DNA of 64,000 bases. It comes from an uncultured Gemmatimonadota bacterium. GTDB taxonomy: Bacteria; Gemmatimonadota; Gemmatimonadetes; Palauibacterales; Palauibacteraceae. Where the stretch lies: assembly GCA_964480515.1 (NCBI GenBank), contig CAYZOT010000001.1, positions 215,288 to 279,287 on the forward strand. The letters run 5' to 3'. How positions within the stretch are numbered: position 1 is the first letter of the stretch; each line of letters begins with the position of its first letter. The notes beneath the pieces are model-generated. The model worked only from the letters and a program-made list of their open reading frames with translations, was not told where the DNA came from and made no database searches. Made by a program: the position numbers and the translations under genes. Below are positions 22,228-33,100 of this stretch, in pieces.

Positions 22228-22422
22228 AAATCCAGACCGTAGTTTGTGTTTCAGATTGGGAAAGACTCAAATAAAACCATAACTCCAAGGGTCCGCCAAC
22301 AGCGCTCACAAGGCTAAGATCAGGCAATACTTCCCCCCACTCAGTAGTGACCACCTCTGTGTAATAGAGAAGCCCATAGTAAAGGAAAGTAGCATTTTGA
22401 GCTGTGTTCTGTTCTGGAAAAT

Positions 22423-22451
22423 CTTGACTCGTCGCTGACAGCTCCTAATTT
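22423..22451 (+). promoter_or_regulatory. Candidate sigma70 promoter for the ABC operon
   Basis: TTGACT-16 nt-TAATTT about 115 nt upstream of the ATG at 22567. Confidence 0.3.
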
Positions 22452-22566
22452 CGCGATCATGTTCCATACTCTTTTGTACAAAGGTTCGGGACAAGAACAT
22501 ATTTAACTGGAGAGATTTTTTGATGACTTCGCGGGAGCGCATGAACACCTCAACTGGTGAGAATCT

Positions 22567-23577
22567 ATGTCACTCGTAGCACTAACCGATGTCGTGAAGA
22601 CGTTCGGAGAAACGCGTGCTGTGGATGAGGTAAGCTTTTCGATTGATCGAGGTGAGGTTGTTGGTTTCCTCGGTCCAAACGGAGCGGGCAAAACCACGAC
22701 CATGCGACTTCTTACCCAACAGCTCGAGCCTGACGCAGGAACAATCAACATTGATGGCCTATCAATTTCAGAACACCCGGCGGAAATTCGGCAGAGAATC
22801 GGATATCTGCCCGAAACTAATCCGTTGTATCAGGACATGCTGGCGGGAGAATACATCACGTTTATGGGTCGCCTCCGCGGGATGGGTGCAGAGGAAATCC
22901 GATCGCGCACCGATTCTGTTGTATCTAACACGGGCATCGAAGACGTCTATTATCGACCAATCAGTCAATTGTCCAAGGGATATCGTCAGCGGGTCGGACT
23001 AGCACAAGCAATCTTATCTGAACCGGAGATCTTGATCCTCGATGAACCAACTGAAGGGCTCGACCCAAACCAACGAGTCGAAATCCGCAGTCTGATTACG
23101 CACCTGGGCTCCGAGCGAACCGTCCTCCTTAGTACACATGTCATGCAAGAAGTGCAGAATACATGCTCTCGAGTTGTCATCATAAGTGAGGGTAAAATCG
23201 TAGCCGACGGTTCCGTTGATTCATTAGTTGAGGGACATGGTGGTGCTCGCGTGATAGTTGAGTTGGATGGTCTGGGACAAGAGGTACAGAACGCACTCGA
23301 GTCTGTTCCATCGGTTAGCAGTGTCAAACCATCGCCCAGTAAGACCAACCGGCCGCAGTTCGTGGTGCAGGGTACAAGTGGTACAGACCCCAGGCCCGAC
23401 ATAGCTTCGCTGGCCGCCGCGCGAGGCTGGCCACTTTGGGAACTACACCTGGAACAGGCGAGCCTGGAAGATCTATTTCGAGAGCTTACCGCTAGCTCGA
23501 CAGAAGACGGGCGACATGATGATTCAAACGAAGCACCAGGGGACACAGAATCGAAGCCAATGGGGACAGAACGATGA
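22567..23577 (+). CDS. ABC transporter ATP-binding protein (GldA-like)
   Basis: GPNGAGKTT, LSKGYRQRVG, LILDEPT, STH. Confidence 0.95.
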   Translation: MSLVALTDVVKTFGETRAVDEVSFSIDRGEVVGFLGPNGAGKTTTMRLLTQQLEPDAGTINIDGLSISEHPAEIRQRIGYLPETNPLYQDMLAGEYITFMGRLRGMGAEEIRSRTDSVVSNTGIEDVYYRPISQLSKGYRQRVGLAQAILSEPEILILDEPTEGLDPNQRVEIRSLITHLGSERTVLLSTHVMQEVQNTCSRVVIISEGKIVADGSVDSLVEGHGGARVIVELDGLGQEVQNALESVPSVSSVKPSPSKTNRPQFVVQGTSGTDPRPDIASLAAARGWPLWELHLEQASLEDLFRELTASSTEDGRHDDSNEAPGDTESKPMGTER

Positions 23578-25811
23578 AAGCTCGTATCTGGTCAATCGCG
23601 TGCCGTGAGTTAGGCAGTTACTTCAATCACGCCACTGCTTACATCCTGCTTGTCATCTTTCTGGTCATCAACTTCTTTTTCTTTTTCCGGGATGCATTCT
23701 TACTAAACGAGGCCTCCCTGCGACCCATGTTGGGCCTTCTCCCTTGGCTGTTTCTCTTTTTCATTCCTGCGGTGTGCATGCGCTCACTGGCCGAAGAGAG
23801 AGAAGCAGGAACACTAGAACTGGTCCTGGCTCAACCTGTTGAAGTATTGGAATTCCTGATCGGTAAATTCGTGGGTGTCTACCTGTTCCTCCTCATCGCC
23901 ATGGCAGGAACATTAGGGATTCCTGTTGGACTGTCGTGGGGTGCAGACATCCAGGTCGGCGTCATGTTCTCGCAATATCTGGGTTCTGCTTTTCTTATTG
24001 CGGCGATGATATCGGTGGGGCTATTCGCCTCTGCTCTAACCCGAAATCAGGTAACCGCCTTCATCTTGGGCGTCACAATCTCGTTCGTACTCTACATGAT
24101 CGGGCTTCCTTCAGTAGTCTTAACGCTACCTAGCTTCCTGGCCGTGATCGCAACGCGACTTGGTATCTTAGGGCACTTCGAGAACGTTGCACGTGGAGTT
24201 ATCGATCTCCGAGACATACTCTACTTTGCCGCCGTAACGGCAGCCTTCATGTCGCTCACATATTTCTCTGTGATGCGCGAGCGTCTGAGCCGCGAGCGTG
24301 AGTCATACCGCCGCCTTAAGCTCGGAGTGCTGGGGCTCGTCGGCATCTCCATCTTCGCGGCTCTTGCGGGGGCTCAGCTGAGAGGACGACTAGACCTCAC
24401 GCCCGGAAAGCTTTACACGCTATCCAAACCAACGAGCGAACTTCTCCAGGAGTTAGAGGACCTGGTAACCATTAAACTCTTCCAGTCGGCCGAACTCCCT
24501 CCGGAGTTGACCCCTGTAAGCCGGAGTGTCGATGATCTCTTACGAGATTTCGACGCGGCCGGGGGGGGGAACATCAACTTCGTGAGGCTTGACCCGGACG
24601 AAGATACAAACGCACAGGAAGAGGCTTCACGTTTGGGCATAAATGCAGCCCAGTTCAACGTGATCGGTCAAGGTGAGATGTCGATCCGTGAGGGCTATTT
24701 TGGTCTGGCAATCCAATTCGCCGGCGAGAGCGAAATTATACCGCTCGTTCGCCAAACGAACGATTTGGAGTACCGTCTAGCTTCGATAATCCGATCCATG
24801 ACGCGGGAAACCCGTTCCATCGTCGGTATGTTGGAGGGTCATGGTGAGTTCAATGCAAGTAATCAGATGCGGTTGGCGTCAGGCCGCCTGGGTGAAGAAT
24901 ACAAGATTGAGACGTTCACCCTGGACTCGACGAAGATCTCTGTACCTGATTCATTTGACGTGGTCGTGATCGCGGGCAACACGACGCCACTTGCCCCTCA
25001 CGAAGGACAGCTTTTGGGGCAGTTCCTTGATCAAGGTGGCAGCCTGATGATCATGGTTTCGGGAATACAGGTGGATTTCCAGTCGCTGTACGGTGGACCA
25101 GCCTTTCACCCAACGCTCGATGCCCTGCTCGAAAGCAAAGGACTCGGGATAGTTCCGTCGGCGACCTTCGATATTGAATCGAGCGAACAAGTTCCTGCTC
25201 CTTCCAGCTTTGGAACCGTGTTTTACCCATATCCCTTGTGGCCACTGGGACAACCAGCGGCAGAACACGCCATTGTAAACGGCATCAGGAGTGTACCTCT
25301 TCGCTGGGCCAGCCCTATTCAAATCGAGGTCGAAGACAGTACGTGGGTGACGCCACTCCTCACGACGACCGATATCGCAGGCCGCCTGCGGACACCTGTA
25401 TCTATCGATCCAACACAGGATTGGGAGACGGTGATCCAACCCGAGGATCTCCAAGCCGAAACTCTCGCGGTGGCCTACAATGAACCTGGTGCCGGACGGA
25501 TTGTCCTGGTGGGCTCACCGGCATTCATTCAGGACGAACTGCTTCAGAGCTCACAGTTCGGTCTTGCTGGAATGACCTTCTTCCAAAACGCCATCGACTG
25601 GTTGGCACAGGACGAAGCACTGATCACCATACGCTCCAAGAACCGCGCTCCACCGCAACTGCTGTTCGAGAGTGACGTGCTTAGCGACGCCGCTCGGTAC
25701 GGGAACATGGTGGGAGTTCCATTGCTATTCATCTTGTTCGGAGTCATGCGCGTTGCACGCCGTCGTGGTATCCAGCAGCGTAACTTCGAAGCGGGTGGAG
25801 CACTGTTATGA
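23574..25811 (+). CDS. Fused ABC-2 permease + GldG/GIFT-like periplasmic domain (GldF-GldG-like)
   Basis: AEERE.GTLE, RGVIDLRD, then RLDLT..K.YTLS, LEY.L, GHGE, NAIDWL.QDE.LI.IRSK; ATGA overlap with the upstream gene. Confidence 0.88.
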   Translation: MKARIWSIACRELGSYFNHATAYILLVIFLVINFFFFFRDAFLLNEASLRPMLGLLPWLFLFFIPAVCMRSLAEEREAGTLELVLAQPVEVLEFLIGKFVGVYLFLLIAMAGTLGIPVGLSWGADIQVGVMFSQYLGSAFLIAAMISVGLFASALTRNQVTAFILGVTISFVLYMIGLPSVVLTLPSFLAVIATRLGILGHFENVARGVIDLRDILYFAAVTAAFMSLTYFSVMRERLSRERESYRRLKLGVLGLVGISIFAALAGAQLRGRLDLTPGKLYTLSKPTSELLQELEDLVTIKLFQSAELPPELTPVSRSVDDLLRDFDAAGGGNINFVRLDPDEDTNAQEEASRLGINAAQFNVIGQGEMSIREGYFGLAIQFAGESEIIPLVRQTNDLEYRLASIIRSMTRETRSIVGMLEGHGEFNASNQMRLASGRLGEEYKIETFTLDSTKISVPDSFDVVVIAGNTTPLAPHEGQLLGQFLDQGGSLMIMVSGIQVDFQSLYGGPAFHPTLDALLESKGLGIVPSATFDIESSEQVPAPSSFGTVFYPYPLWPLGQPAAEHAIVNGIRSVPLRWASPIQIEVEDSTWVTPLLTTTDIAGRLRTPVSIDPTQDWETVIQPEDLQAETLAVAYNEPGAGRIVLVGSPAFIQDELLQSSQFGLAGMTFFQNAIDWLAQDEALITIRSKNRAPPQLLFESDVLSDAARYGNMVGVPLLFILFGVMRVARRRGIQQRNFEAGGALL

Positions 25812-26731
25812 ACAATAAACAGCTTAAGCTGATCGCAATTGTGCTTGGCGCCGCAGTGCTCTTGTATCTGCCACGGATCTTCAGGGATGATGGAAGTGGT
25901 GGCTCGATCGATGTTGGGGATGGATTTCGATTCGTGCTTGAAGACACCGTAACGCGGATCGATATCGTTGAGCCCGATAATGCAGGTACGATCCGACTAG
26001 AGCACGGGTCAAATGGTTGGACTGTCGACGGTTACCGGGCGGACGAGAGGAAGGTGGAGAATCTGCTCGAAGTTCTGCCCAACCTGTATTCGGACGTTTT
26101 GGTTGCGCGAAATCCCACGAATCATAACAGGATGGGGGTATCCGAATCTGGACGCCGCATCTCTGTATACACAGATGATCCTGTTCCTCTAGAGTTTTAC
26201 CTCGGGATCCGCGACATCAGAGGAGCGGGATACTTTGTCCGAATTCCGGAAATGGACGCCGTTTTTCGGCTAGACAGCCCGGTATGTGGCTACCTGAATC
26301 GCGAACGAGATGGTTGGCGACCTCGAACGATCGCAGCGATCGACACCGCACAGGTGCGTCAGATCGTCCTACAACGAGAGGGGACAGAGACCATCCTCCA
26401 CCGCGGTGATTCAGGCTGGACGGCTGGCGAGGCAGTGGCAGACAGCGCAGCCCTGCAAGGAATCCTCGGGCTGCTGCCAAACTTATCGCTAACTGCGTTC
26501 ACGTCAGAGGAGGAAGCGGCAGCAGCGGATTTTTCTCAAGCACAGACAGCTGTAGACGTGTTCTATTCGACCGAAGAGGCCGCAATGGAAGAAACCCCAG
26601 CGCTCTCTCTTCTCTTGATTCAGGATGAAGAACAGGGAGACTGGCTCGTCCGACACACTGCCGGTTCTGAAGTGTACCGACTAGCAACCTTCACCGTGAA
26701 CCGACTTCTCCCTGATAACCTGACGCCATAA
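25808..26731 (+). CDS. DUF4340-like membrane-anchored protein
   Basis: N-terminal TM anchor; two W...G..AD repeats; usual position after GldG-like genes; ATGA overlap. Confidence 0.75.
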   Translation: MNNKQLKLIAIVLGAAVLLYLPRIFRDDGSGGSIDVGDGFRFVLEDTVTRIDIVEPDNAGTIRLEHGSNGWTVDGYRADERKVENLLEVLPNLYSDVLVARNPTNHNRMGVSESGRRISVYTDDPVPLEFYLGIRDIRGAGYFVRIPEMDAVFRLDSPVCGYLNRERDGWRPRTIAAIDTAQVRQIVLQREGTETILHRGDSGWTAGEAVADSAALQGILGLLPNLSLTAFTSEEEAAAADFSQAQTAVDVFYSTEEAAMEETPALSLLLIQDEEQGDWLVRHTAGSEVYRLATFTVNRLLPDNLTP

Positions 26732-26791
26732 CACGTTCTTGCCTGTGTAAGGGAGACGGCGCTAGCCCGTTTCTGATCTGAACTGTGAGCC

Positions 26792-28192
26792 CTAGGTGGT
26801 ACCAGGTTCTGTCATCGCTCGAAGATCAAGGATGCGATCAATCTCATGCTTATCGACGAGATCCTCTTCCATAACTAGTTCACGTAGAGTTCGGTTTTCT
26901 TTAAGCGAACGCTTGGCAAGTTCGGCTGCTTTATCGTACCCAATCACAGGGGCCAACGCGGTGGCAAGGGCGGCTGTTGCTTCGGCGTTGTGGCGGCCTT
27001 GTTCCTCATCTGCCGTGATTCCGCGAACACACCGGTCGGTGAACTCACTGCATACCGTGGATAGGATCTGGATGCTTTCCAAGAGATTATGGGCCATAAC
27101 GGGGATCATGACATTGAGTTCCAGACTCCCGGACTGTCCTCCGATTACAATGGCCGCGTCATTACCAATCACCTGGGCGCACACCTGACACAAGGATTCG
27201 GCCATGACCGGGTTCACCTTCCCCGGCATAATGGAAGATCCAGGTTGGACTGCCGGCAGTGTGATTTCCCCCAGCCCAGTACGTGGGCCTGAAGAGAGCC
27301 AACGGAGATCGTTCGCAATCTTCATGAGGCTGACCGCCACCGTACGGAGGGATCCACTGGCCTCTACCACCGCATCGCGTGCACCCTGTGCTTCGAAGTG
27401 ATTGGAGGCTTCTTTGAAGTCTATATCAAAAAGTTCACTCAAGACTCTCGCAACACGGCTGCCAAATTCGGCGTGTGTGTTTATGCCGGTACCTACAGCG
27501 GTACCGCCAATCGCGAGTTCGGAAAGCGATTCGCGAGTAGACTCCACACGGCGGATACCGTTCGCGACCTGGCTCGCGTATCCTCCGAACTCCTGACCCA
27601 GCCGAATAGGTGTTGCATCCTGAAGGTGTGTCCGGGCAGCCTTAACCACGTCATCAAACTCTTTTGCTTTATCCGTCAGTGCATCGTGAAGCACACGGAG
27701 CGCTGGTAGGAGCTCTCGTTCGATGGCTACTAGCGCCGACACATGCAACGTCGTTGGAATCACATCGTTAGACGACTGACCCATGTTTACGTGGTCATTG
27801 GGGTGCACGGGCATGCGAGACCCTACTTCACCACCCACAAGTTGGATTGCCCGATTCGCTATCACCTCATTCGCATTCATGTTCGTCGAGGTTCCGGAGC
27901 CAGTTTGGAAAATGTCTAATACGAAATGCTCATCGAGGTCGCCGACCATCGCTTCCTCAGCTGCTTGCTCAATTATGGCTCCAATTTCGTGATCAAGGAG
28001 ACCAAGCTCTTGATTCACTTTCGAGGCGGCGAGCTTTATCGCTCCCAACGCTTGAATGAATCCGCGTCCGAACTGCAGGTTTGAGATGGGGAAGTTTCGC
28101 CTAGCTCGTTCCGTCTGGGCGCCATACAGGCAATTCGATGGGATGTGCATCTCACCCATCGAATCTTTCTCGATCCGGCGATCTCCGGTCAC
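26792..28192 (-). CDS. fumC: Class II fumarate hydratase
   Basis: QTGSGT.TNMN.NEV, HPNDHVN..QSSND, RTHLQDATP, GSSIMPGKVNP. Confidence 0.96.
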   Translation of the reverse strand: MTGDRRIEKDSMGEMHIPSNCLYGAQTERARRNFPISNLQFGRGFIQALGAIKLAASKVNQELGLLDHEIGAIIEQAAEEAMVGDLDEHFVLDIFQTGSGTSTNMNANEVIANRAIQLVGGEVGSRMPVHPNDHVNMGQSSNDVIPTTLHVSALVAIERELLPALRVLHDALTDKAKEFDDVVKAARTHLQDATPIRLGQEFGGYASQVANGIRRVESTRESLSELAIGGTAVGTGINTHAEFGSRVARVLSELFDIDFKEASNHFEAQGARDAVVEASGSLRTVAVSLMKIANDLRWLSSGPRTGLGEITLPAVQPGSSIMPGKVNPVMAESLCQVCAQVIGNDAAIVIGGQSGSLELNVMIPVMAHNLLESIQILSTVCSEFTDRCVRGITADEEQGRHNAEATAALATALAPVIGYDKAAELAKRSLKENRTLRELVMEEDLVDKHEIDRILDLRAMTEPGTT

Positions 28193-28250
28193 TCGAGGTT
28201 TCTCCTAGTGCGTGGGGGTAGGCGTGAAGGCATCGGGTTTGCTCTGCCGC

Positions 28251-28739
28251 CTAGAACTCAATCCGATCGCCGACACGAACACCATTAGCTTCAAACCAAC
28301 CCTGGTTCATTTCGAGGGCGTATGTCATAGGTGCCTTCGACATATGTGTATCGGTGACCTGTGGCTCCATTTGCTGGATGTCGACAATTCGCCCTTCCCG
28401 GTCTGCATATGCAATGTCAAGAGGAATCAGAGTATTCTTCATCCAGAACCCTCGCGTCTGCTCGGTCGTGTAGACGAAAAGCATACCGTGGTTTTCTTCC
28501 ATCGACTCGCGAAACATCAGTCCACGTGAGTGCTCCTCCGGCTCATCCGCAATCTCTACCTGGATCTGGACGCCCGCCACCCGAATTGGAACACGGATAT
28601 CCAGCGACGCGCCCGTCTCTTCCGCCGCAGCTGGACCCTGTCTGTCCAGGCTAGTATCGCGAATCCCTGCGTCCACCGGTCCACACGCCAACAAACCAGT
28701 CGCGACGAACCCTAACACCCATTCTCGTATGTTTTTCAT
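28251..28739 (-). CDS. DUF192 domain lipoprotein
   Basis: Lipobox LLAC; RGLMFRE, GMLFV, FWMKNT..PLDI, ALE.N.G. Confidence 0.92.
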   Translation of the reverse strand: MKNIREWVLGFVATGLLACGPVDAGIRDTSLDRQGPAAAEETGASLDIRVPIRVAGVQIQVEIADEPEEHSRGLMFRESMEENHGMLFVYTTEQTRGFWMKNTLIPLDIAYADREGRIVDIQQMEPQVTDTHMSKAPMTYALEMNQGWFEANGVRVGDRIEF

Positions 28740-28980
28740 CTTCTCAAGCCGTATACGGTGAACAACAAAGAAAAAATGCCGCGAACGCCGCTCTCCAGAC
28801 CACCAATCATAACCTGCCCGTAGTCCCTACCTAGTCAGTGGGATACAAGTTCAAGCTATGTTTCTTTTCGTGACCAAGGCTGATTCGGTTCAACTAAAAG
28901 TAGCAGCTGCAGTAGTGCTGGGGAACGAGTTGCAAGGCCACATGACATCTTTATCTTCTCAATAGCATGAGAACGGGTCT

Positions 28981-29505
28981 ATGGACCCTCGATTCAACAT
29001 TTTCCCCCTAGACAAAATGACCAATGTCGTCACGCGCCGACCACCCCTTGGGTGTGCCGCCATAACGCTCAGCCTTTTCCGGGCTGCGCTTCAGAAGCAC
29101 CAACTCCCAGTCACAAACCAGCGTGAAATAGTAGCACGCACACTCTTTGCTTCGGGCCAACTATTGTCGGCCGACGAGATCATCGAACGTCTACGAGATG
29201 GAGGTGCACATGTAGGAAAAGCCACAGTCTATCGAACACTGGGCCTACTAGTTCAGGTCGGGCTCGCTAGTGAGCACGACTTTGATGAAGGTTTCAAGCG
29301 ATATGAGACACGCATCGGACCTGCACGCCATGATCACCTCATCTGTACCTTGTGTGGTGTAGTCGAAGAGTTCCATCGTGATGACTTGGATCGCGTGCAA
29401 TCCGAAGTGGCTAAACAGAAAGGATTTCGCATTCTGACGAGACAATTCAAACTCTACGGACTTTGTGCTCAATGCGATAAGGAATCCAGCGAGGCACTGA
29501 GTTAA
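28981..29505 (+). CDS. fur: Fur family transcriptional regulator
   Basis: T.QR..V, ATVYRTL, HDHLIC..CG, C-terminal G.C..C. The true start may be ATG 29017. Confidence 0.9.
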   Translation: MDPRFNIFPLDKMTNVVTRRPPLGCAAITLSLFRAALQKHQLPVTNQREIVARTLFASGQLLSADEIIERLRDGGAHVGKATVYRTLGLLVQVGLASEHDFDEGFKRYETRIGPARHDHLICTLCGVVEEFHRDDLDRVQSEVAKQKGFRILTRQFKLYGLCAQCDKESSEALS

Positions 29506-29533
29506 CTTAACTAAATTCTACAGGGAGGTTCCA

Positions 29534-30121
29534 CTGAGCTCTCCGCACGAGCAGCTCTGCAGGTTACTGGCCGATCGGTCATTTCGACTGGGGGATTTCA
29601 CACTCTCTTCCGGACGAAGAAGCGATTATTACATCGATTGTCGAACTACAACGATGCATGCTCAGGGCCAAGTGCTCATCGGAGAGGTCGGGTTGGATGC
29701 GATCCGAGCCACAAATCTGAAGCCGGACGCAATTGGGGGGCTCACGATGGGCGCCGACCCCGTAGCCTATGCAATCGCAGGAGAAAGCTGGCGCTCGGGC
29801 AATCCGCTCCATGCATTTTCGGTCCGAAAGGAAACAAAGCAATATGGAAAAGGCCGGCTTATCGAGGGTTGTTTCGAGCCTGGTGCAAGCGTGATCGTCG
29901 TCGAAGACGTCATCACCACGGGCGGTTCAGCACTTAAGGCGTGTGAAGCGGTGGACCATGCCCGTGGCAAGGTCCTTGGCGTACTCAGCTTGGTCGACCG
30001 CGAGGAAGGGGGTCGGGCTGCACTAGAGAAAACCGGTCTTGAAACCATTGTGCTTTACACGGCGAGCGACCTGCGTGCGTGCGTGCAGACATCAGATGCC
30101 ACGGGAGAAGATACCCCCTAG
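29534..30121 (+). CDS. pyrE: Orotate phosphoribosyltransferase (probable CTG start)
   Basis: VVEDVITTGGS PRPP motif; VRKE.K.YG. The conserved N-terminus GDFTLSSG..SDYYIDC lies upstream of the ORF-track ATG at 29654, in frame with CTG 29534 behind GGAGG. Confidence 0.92.
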   Translation: MSSPHEQLCRLLADRSFRLGDFTLSSGRRSDYYIDCRTTTMHAQGQVLIGEVGLDAIRATNLKPDAIGGLTMGADPVAYAIAGESWRSGNPLHAFSVRKETKQYGKGRLIEGCFEPGASVIVVEDVITTGGSALKACEAVDHARGKVLGVLSLVDREEGGRAALEKTGLETIVLYTASDLRACVQTSDATGEDTP

Positions 30122-30157
30122 ACCGCCCTTTTCTAGCTTTTCCTGCCGAGATCTCAA

Positions 30158-33100
30158 TTAGAAGCCAGCACCACTGAGGCTGAACTGCCACATCCAGTTC
30201 TTATCAGGTCGCCCGAAGGGGCGAACAAAGTCAATCTCCCCTATGGCAAACCCGAAAAGATTCGCGCGCACGAGAAGGCCTGCGCTCGCAACCCAGTCGC
30301 GATCTCCGAAACTGCATGGCTGACCCTGGCAATTAGGATCGCCAGTTGTACTCCATGCTTTACCGACGTCGTAGAACGCTCCGATCTCTACCGGCGGAGC
30401 CCCGGGGGCCGAAATAACCCCAATCCCACCTATGAGCGGGAGCCGCAGCTCGATGTTCCCAACAGCGATACGACTTCCAATGAGCTGCTCAATTACAGGG
30501 CAGTTGAAGAAACCTGTTTGAGCGGCTGGGCTTTGGCATTCTATCCGAGCATCAAAGGAGGTGTTTTGATAACCTCGCACGAGCTGTGGCATACCAAGGT
30601 ACATACGTCCAAGACGACCATCGGAACCGTCAACACCCCAGCGCCCGACATGGAGAGCACGCCCTGCAAGGGTGAAGGGTTTTATTCTGAAATATCGACG
30701 CAGGTCAGCCTGCATTGTGACGAAATTCAAGGAACCCATGGCGGGCTCAACCTCTAGTCGGAACCGTTGACCCATCATGGGGCTGGTTCCTCCATAAATT
30801 GATGAATCGTAGACAAGAGCCGCACTAGCGGTACCAAAGAGTAAGCTTTGTGGGGCACAGCTCTGGTAGAAGATCTCAGTACTCTCACACCTGGGAAGAT
30901 CCGTCTGTTCCTGAAACAACAACTCACCCGTAAACCGATCTGTCCCATACCGCTCAATGTTAGCGGCGAAATCGAGCTGACGAGCCGATCCTGAAAACTC
31001 GACCCTTGAGTTTCGATTGAATGGGTAGGCAACGATACCCGTAATCTGCCGGTTGATTTCAAAGAAGCGAAGTTCGGTTATTTCGATCGCTTGTCGACCC
31101 TCGTATGTCCCAGCTTGATACCCAAACTGTCGCAGCACCATGGGAACTTGACCACCGATGACTGCCCAGTTCCAGCGCGACGACAGGTTTTCGTACCCCA
31201 CCAGTGCCGCCGTCCCCTGGAGAATGTTGCCGAATGACGTATTAATGTTGAGGAGCGTCTGTAGGGTCTTGTTACCCATCAGGTCAGACCAGTAAACACT
31301 GGCGCCAGCGGCGAAAAATGTGCCAAAGTCGCTGGCCCCGAATGCTAGAGTCGGGTTCGACACAAAGTCGAGACCGAGCGAGGACTGGTAATCAGCATCT
31401 TCGAATGTAATCGGATCCACCAACCCCAACCGGGCATTTTGGAGGATCTGAGGGTGGTCAAGCGATATGCGCTCGACCGGTGGAATCACTGACGCATCGA
31501 CCTGTACAAGCATTTCCGGTGCAGGCTCACCCACGAGAACTTGGGGATCGTCAATTACGTAGATTTCGTAACTGAACGGGCCACCTTTATTAACACTGAA
31601 GGCAACTTCACCTGTCTGTTTGGCAACCGAGATCGCTGGACTAATGCTGCTTAGCCCACTGACACCGGTCCACAAGTCGGTTATCAGATGAAGCTCTCGA
31701 GTTGCCATATCCAGACGATATAGGTTCGAAATCCCATCATGGTCCGATACGAAGTAGAGGTTCTGACCTTCGGGGGACCATTGAGGATTGAAGTTCCGGA
31801 ACTGATCATCAAACCCGGGAAGTGCCTGTATATCACCCGTCTCAAGATCGTAGAGTGCAATCTGATAAGGGCCGGCAACCAACAACTCAAGATCAGTCGT
31901 AAACCGATCTGTCGTGAATGCTAGGTAGCGACCGTCCGGCGACCACGACGGTTGTAGATCAGCATATTTATCAGTGGTCAGTCGGGAAATATCTTCTGTC
32001 TCTAGATCTACGATATATAGATCCGTATAACCGTTCTGGTGGCCCGTAAAGGCAACCCGGGTCCCATCCGGAGACCAAGTTGGCGTATAGGCTTCGCCGA
32101 CCGGGTTAAGTCTGACTTCACGGGCAATTTTCCCGCCCTCTAGAACATCTAGGACGCTGATCACAGCATCCCCTCCGCTCACCCCCGCCACAACGAAATG
32201 GCGCCCGTCTTGGTTCCATTCCCCGGCCGAGCTTACGAACTGAAGGCTCTCGAAGTGTGGGTCCACCATATTTTTCGTAAGACGACGCTTCACTTCTCCG
32301 GTGTGAGCATCAGCGAGAAACATCTCGATCGAGAACAGATCACGTTCGGACATGTAGATAATTTCGTCGCCATCCGGACTAATGGCGGGCCCAAGATTGA
32401 GAATCCCATCCTCTCCCTCTGGCTCATATACCACTCGACGGCCGTATGCATCCGGGCTCTGGGTCTCGTTCCGCGCCTCGGCAAAGTATGACTCTGTTTC
32501 GTTTCTCCAGCGGTTGGAGAGATCATTGATCGGTACTTCAAGAACCATCTCGATCGAACCAAATGGATCTCCCGTCCGGCCCGCGAGGTTGAGAATTTGT
32601 CCAATCTTCTCATCACCAAACGTGCCACCAAGATAAGACCATACGGCGTGTCCATAACGGTAGGGGAAGTACTGTGGATCGTTAAGGTCAGGTATATTGG
32701 GGAACCCGTCCTCTAGATCCAGCGCATCACGCATCCACATAGTCGTGAACGGGTCGATTGGCCCAATCGATAAGTATTCCGCCATCCCTTCGATAAACCA
32801 AAGTGGTAAGCGCATGGCACCGGGTATGTCGAGACTTGGGCCTCCTGTCCCCTGCCCCGTGATATCGAACTGGAACGCATGCACCAGCTCGTGTCCGAGA
32901 AGATGATCAGTCTCACTAAGCGAGACCATCATCGGCATCACCAATCTTCGCTTCAAGATTTCCGTGAAACCCTGTGTCCCTTCATCGATGAATTGACCGG
33001 AAGTATTGGTCTGCTCGAAATCTGAGTGGTCTGCGTAAAGAACAATGGGCTGTCGCTGACGGAATTCATGGTCAAAAACGCGGGATAAGCGAGCATACCA

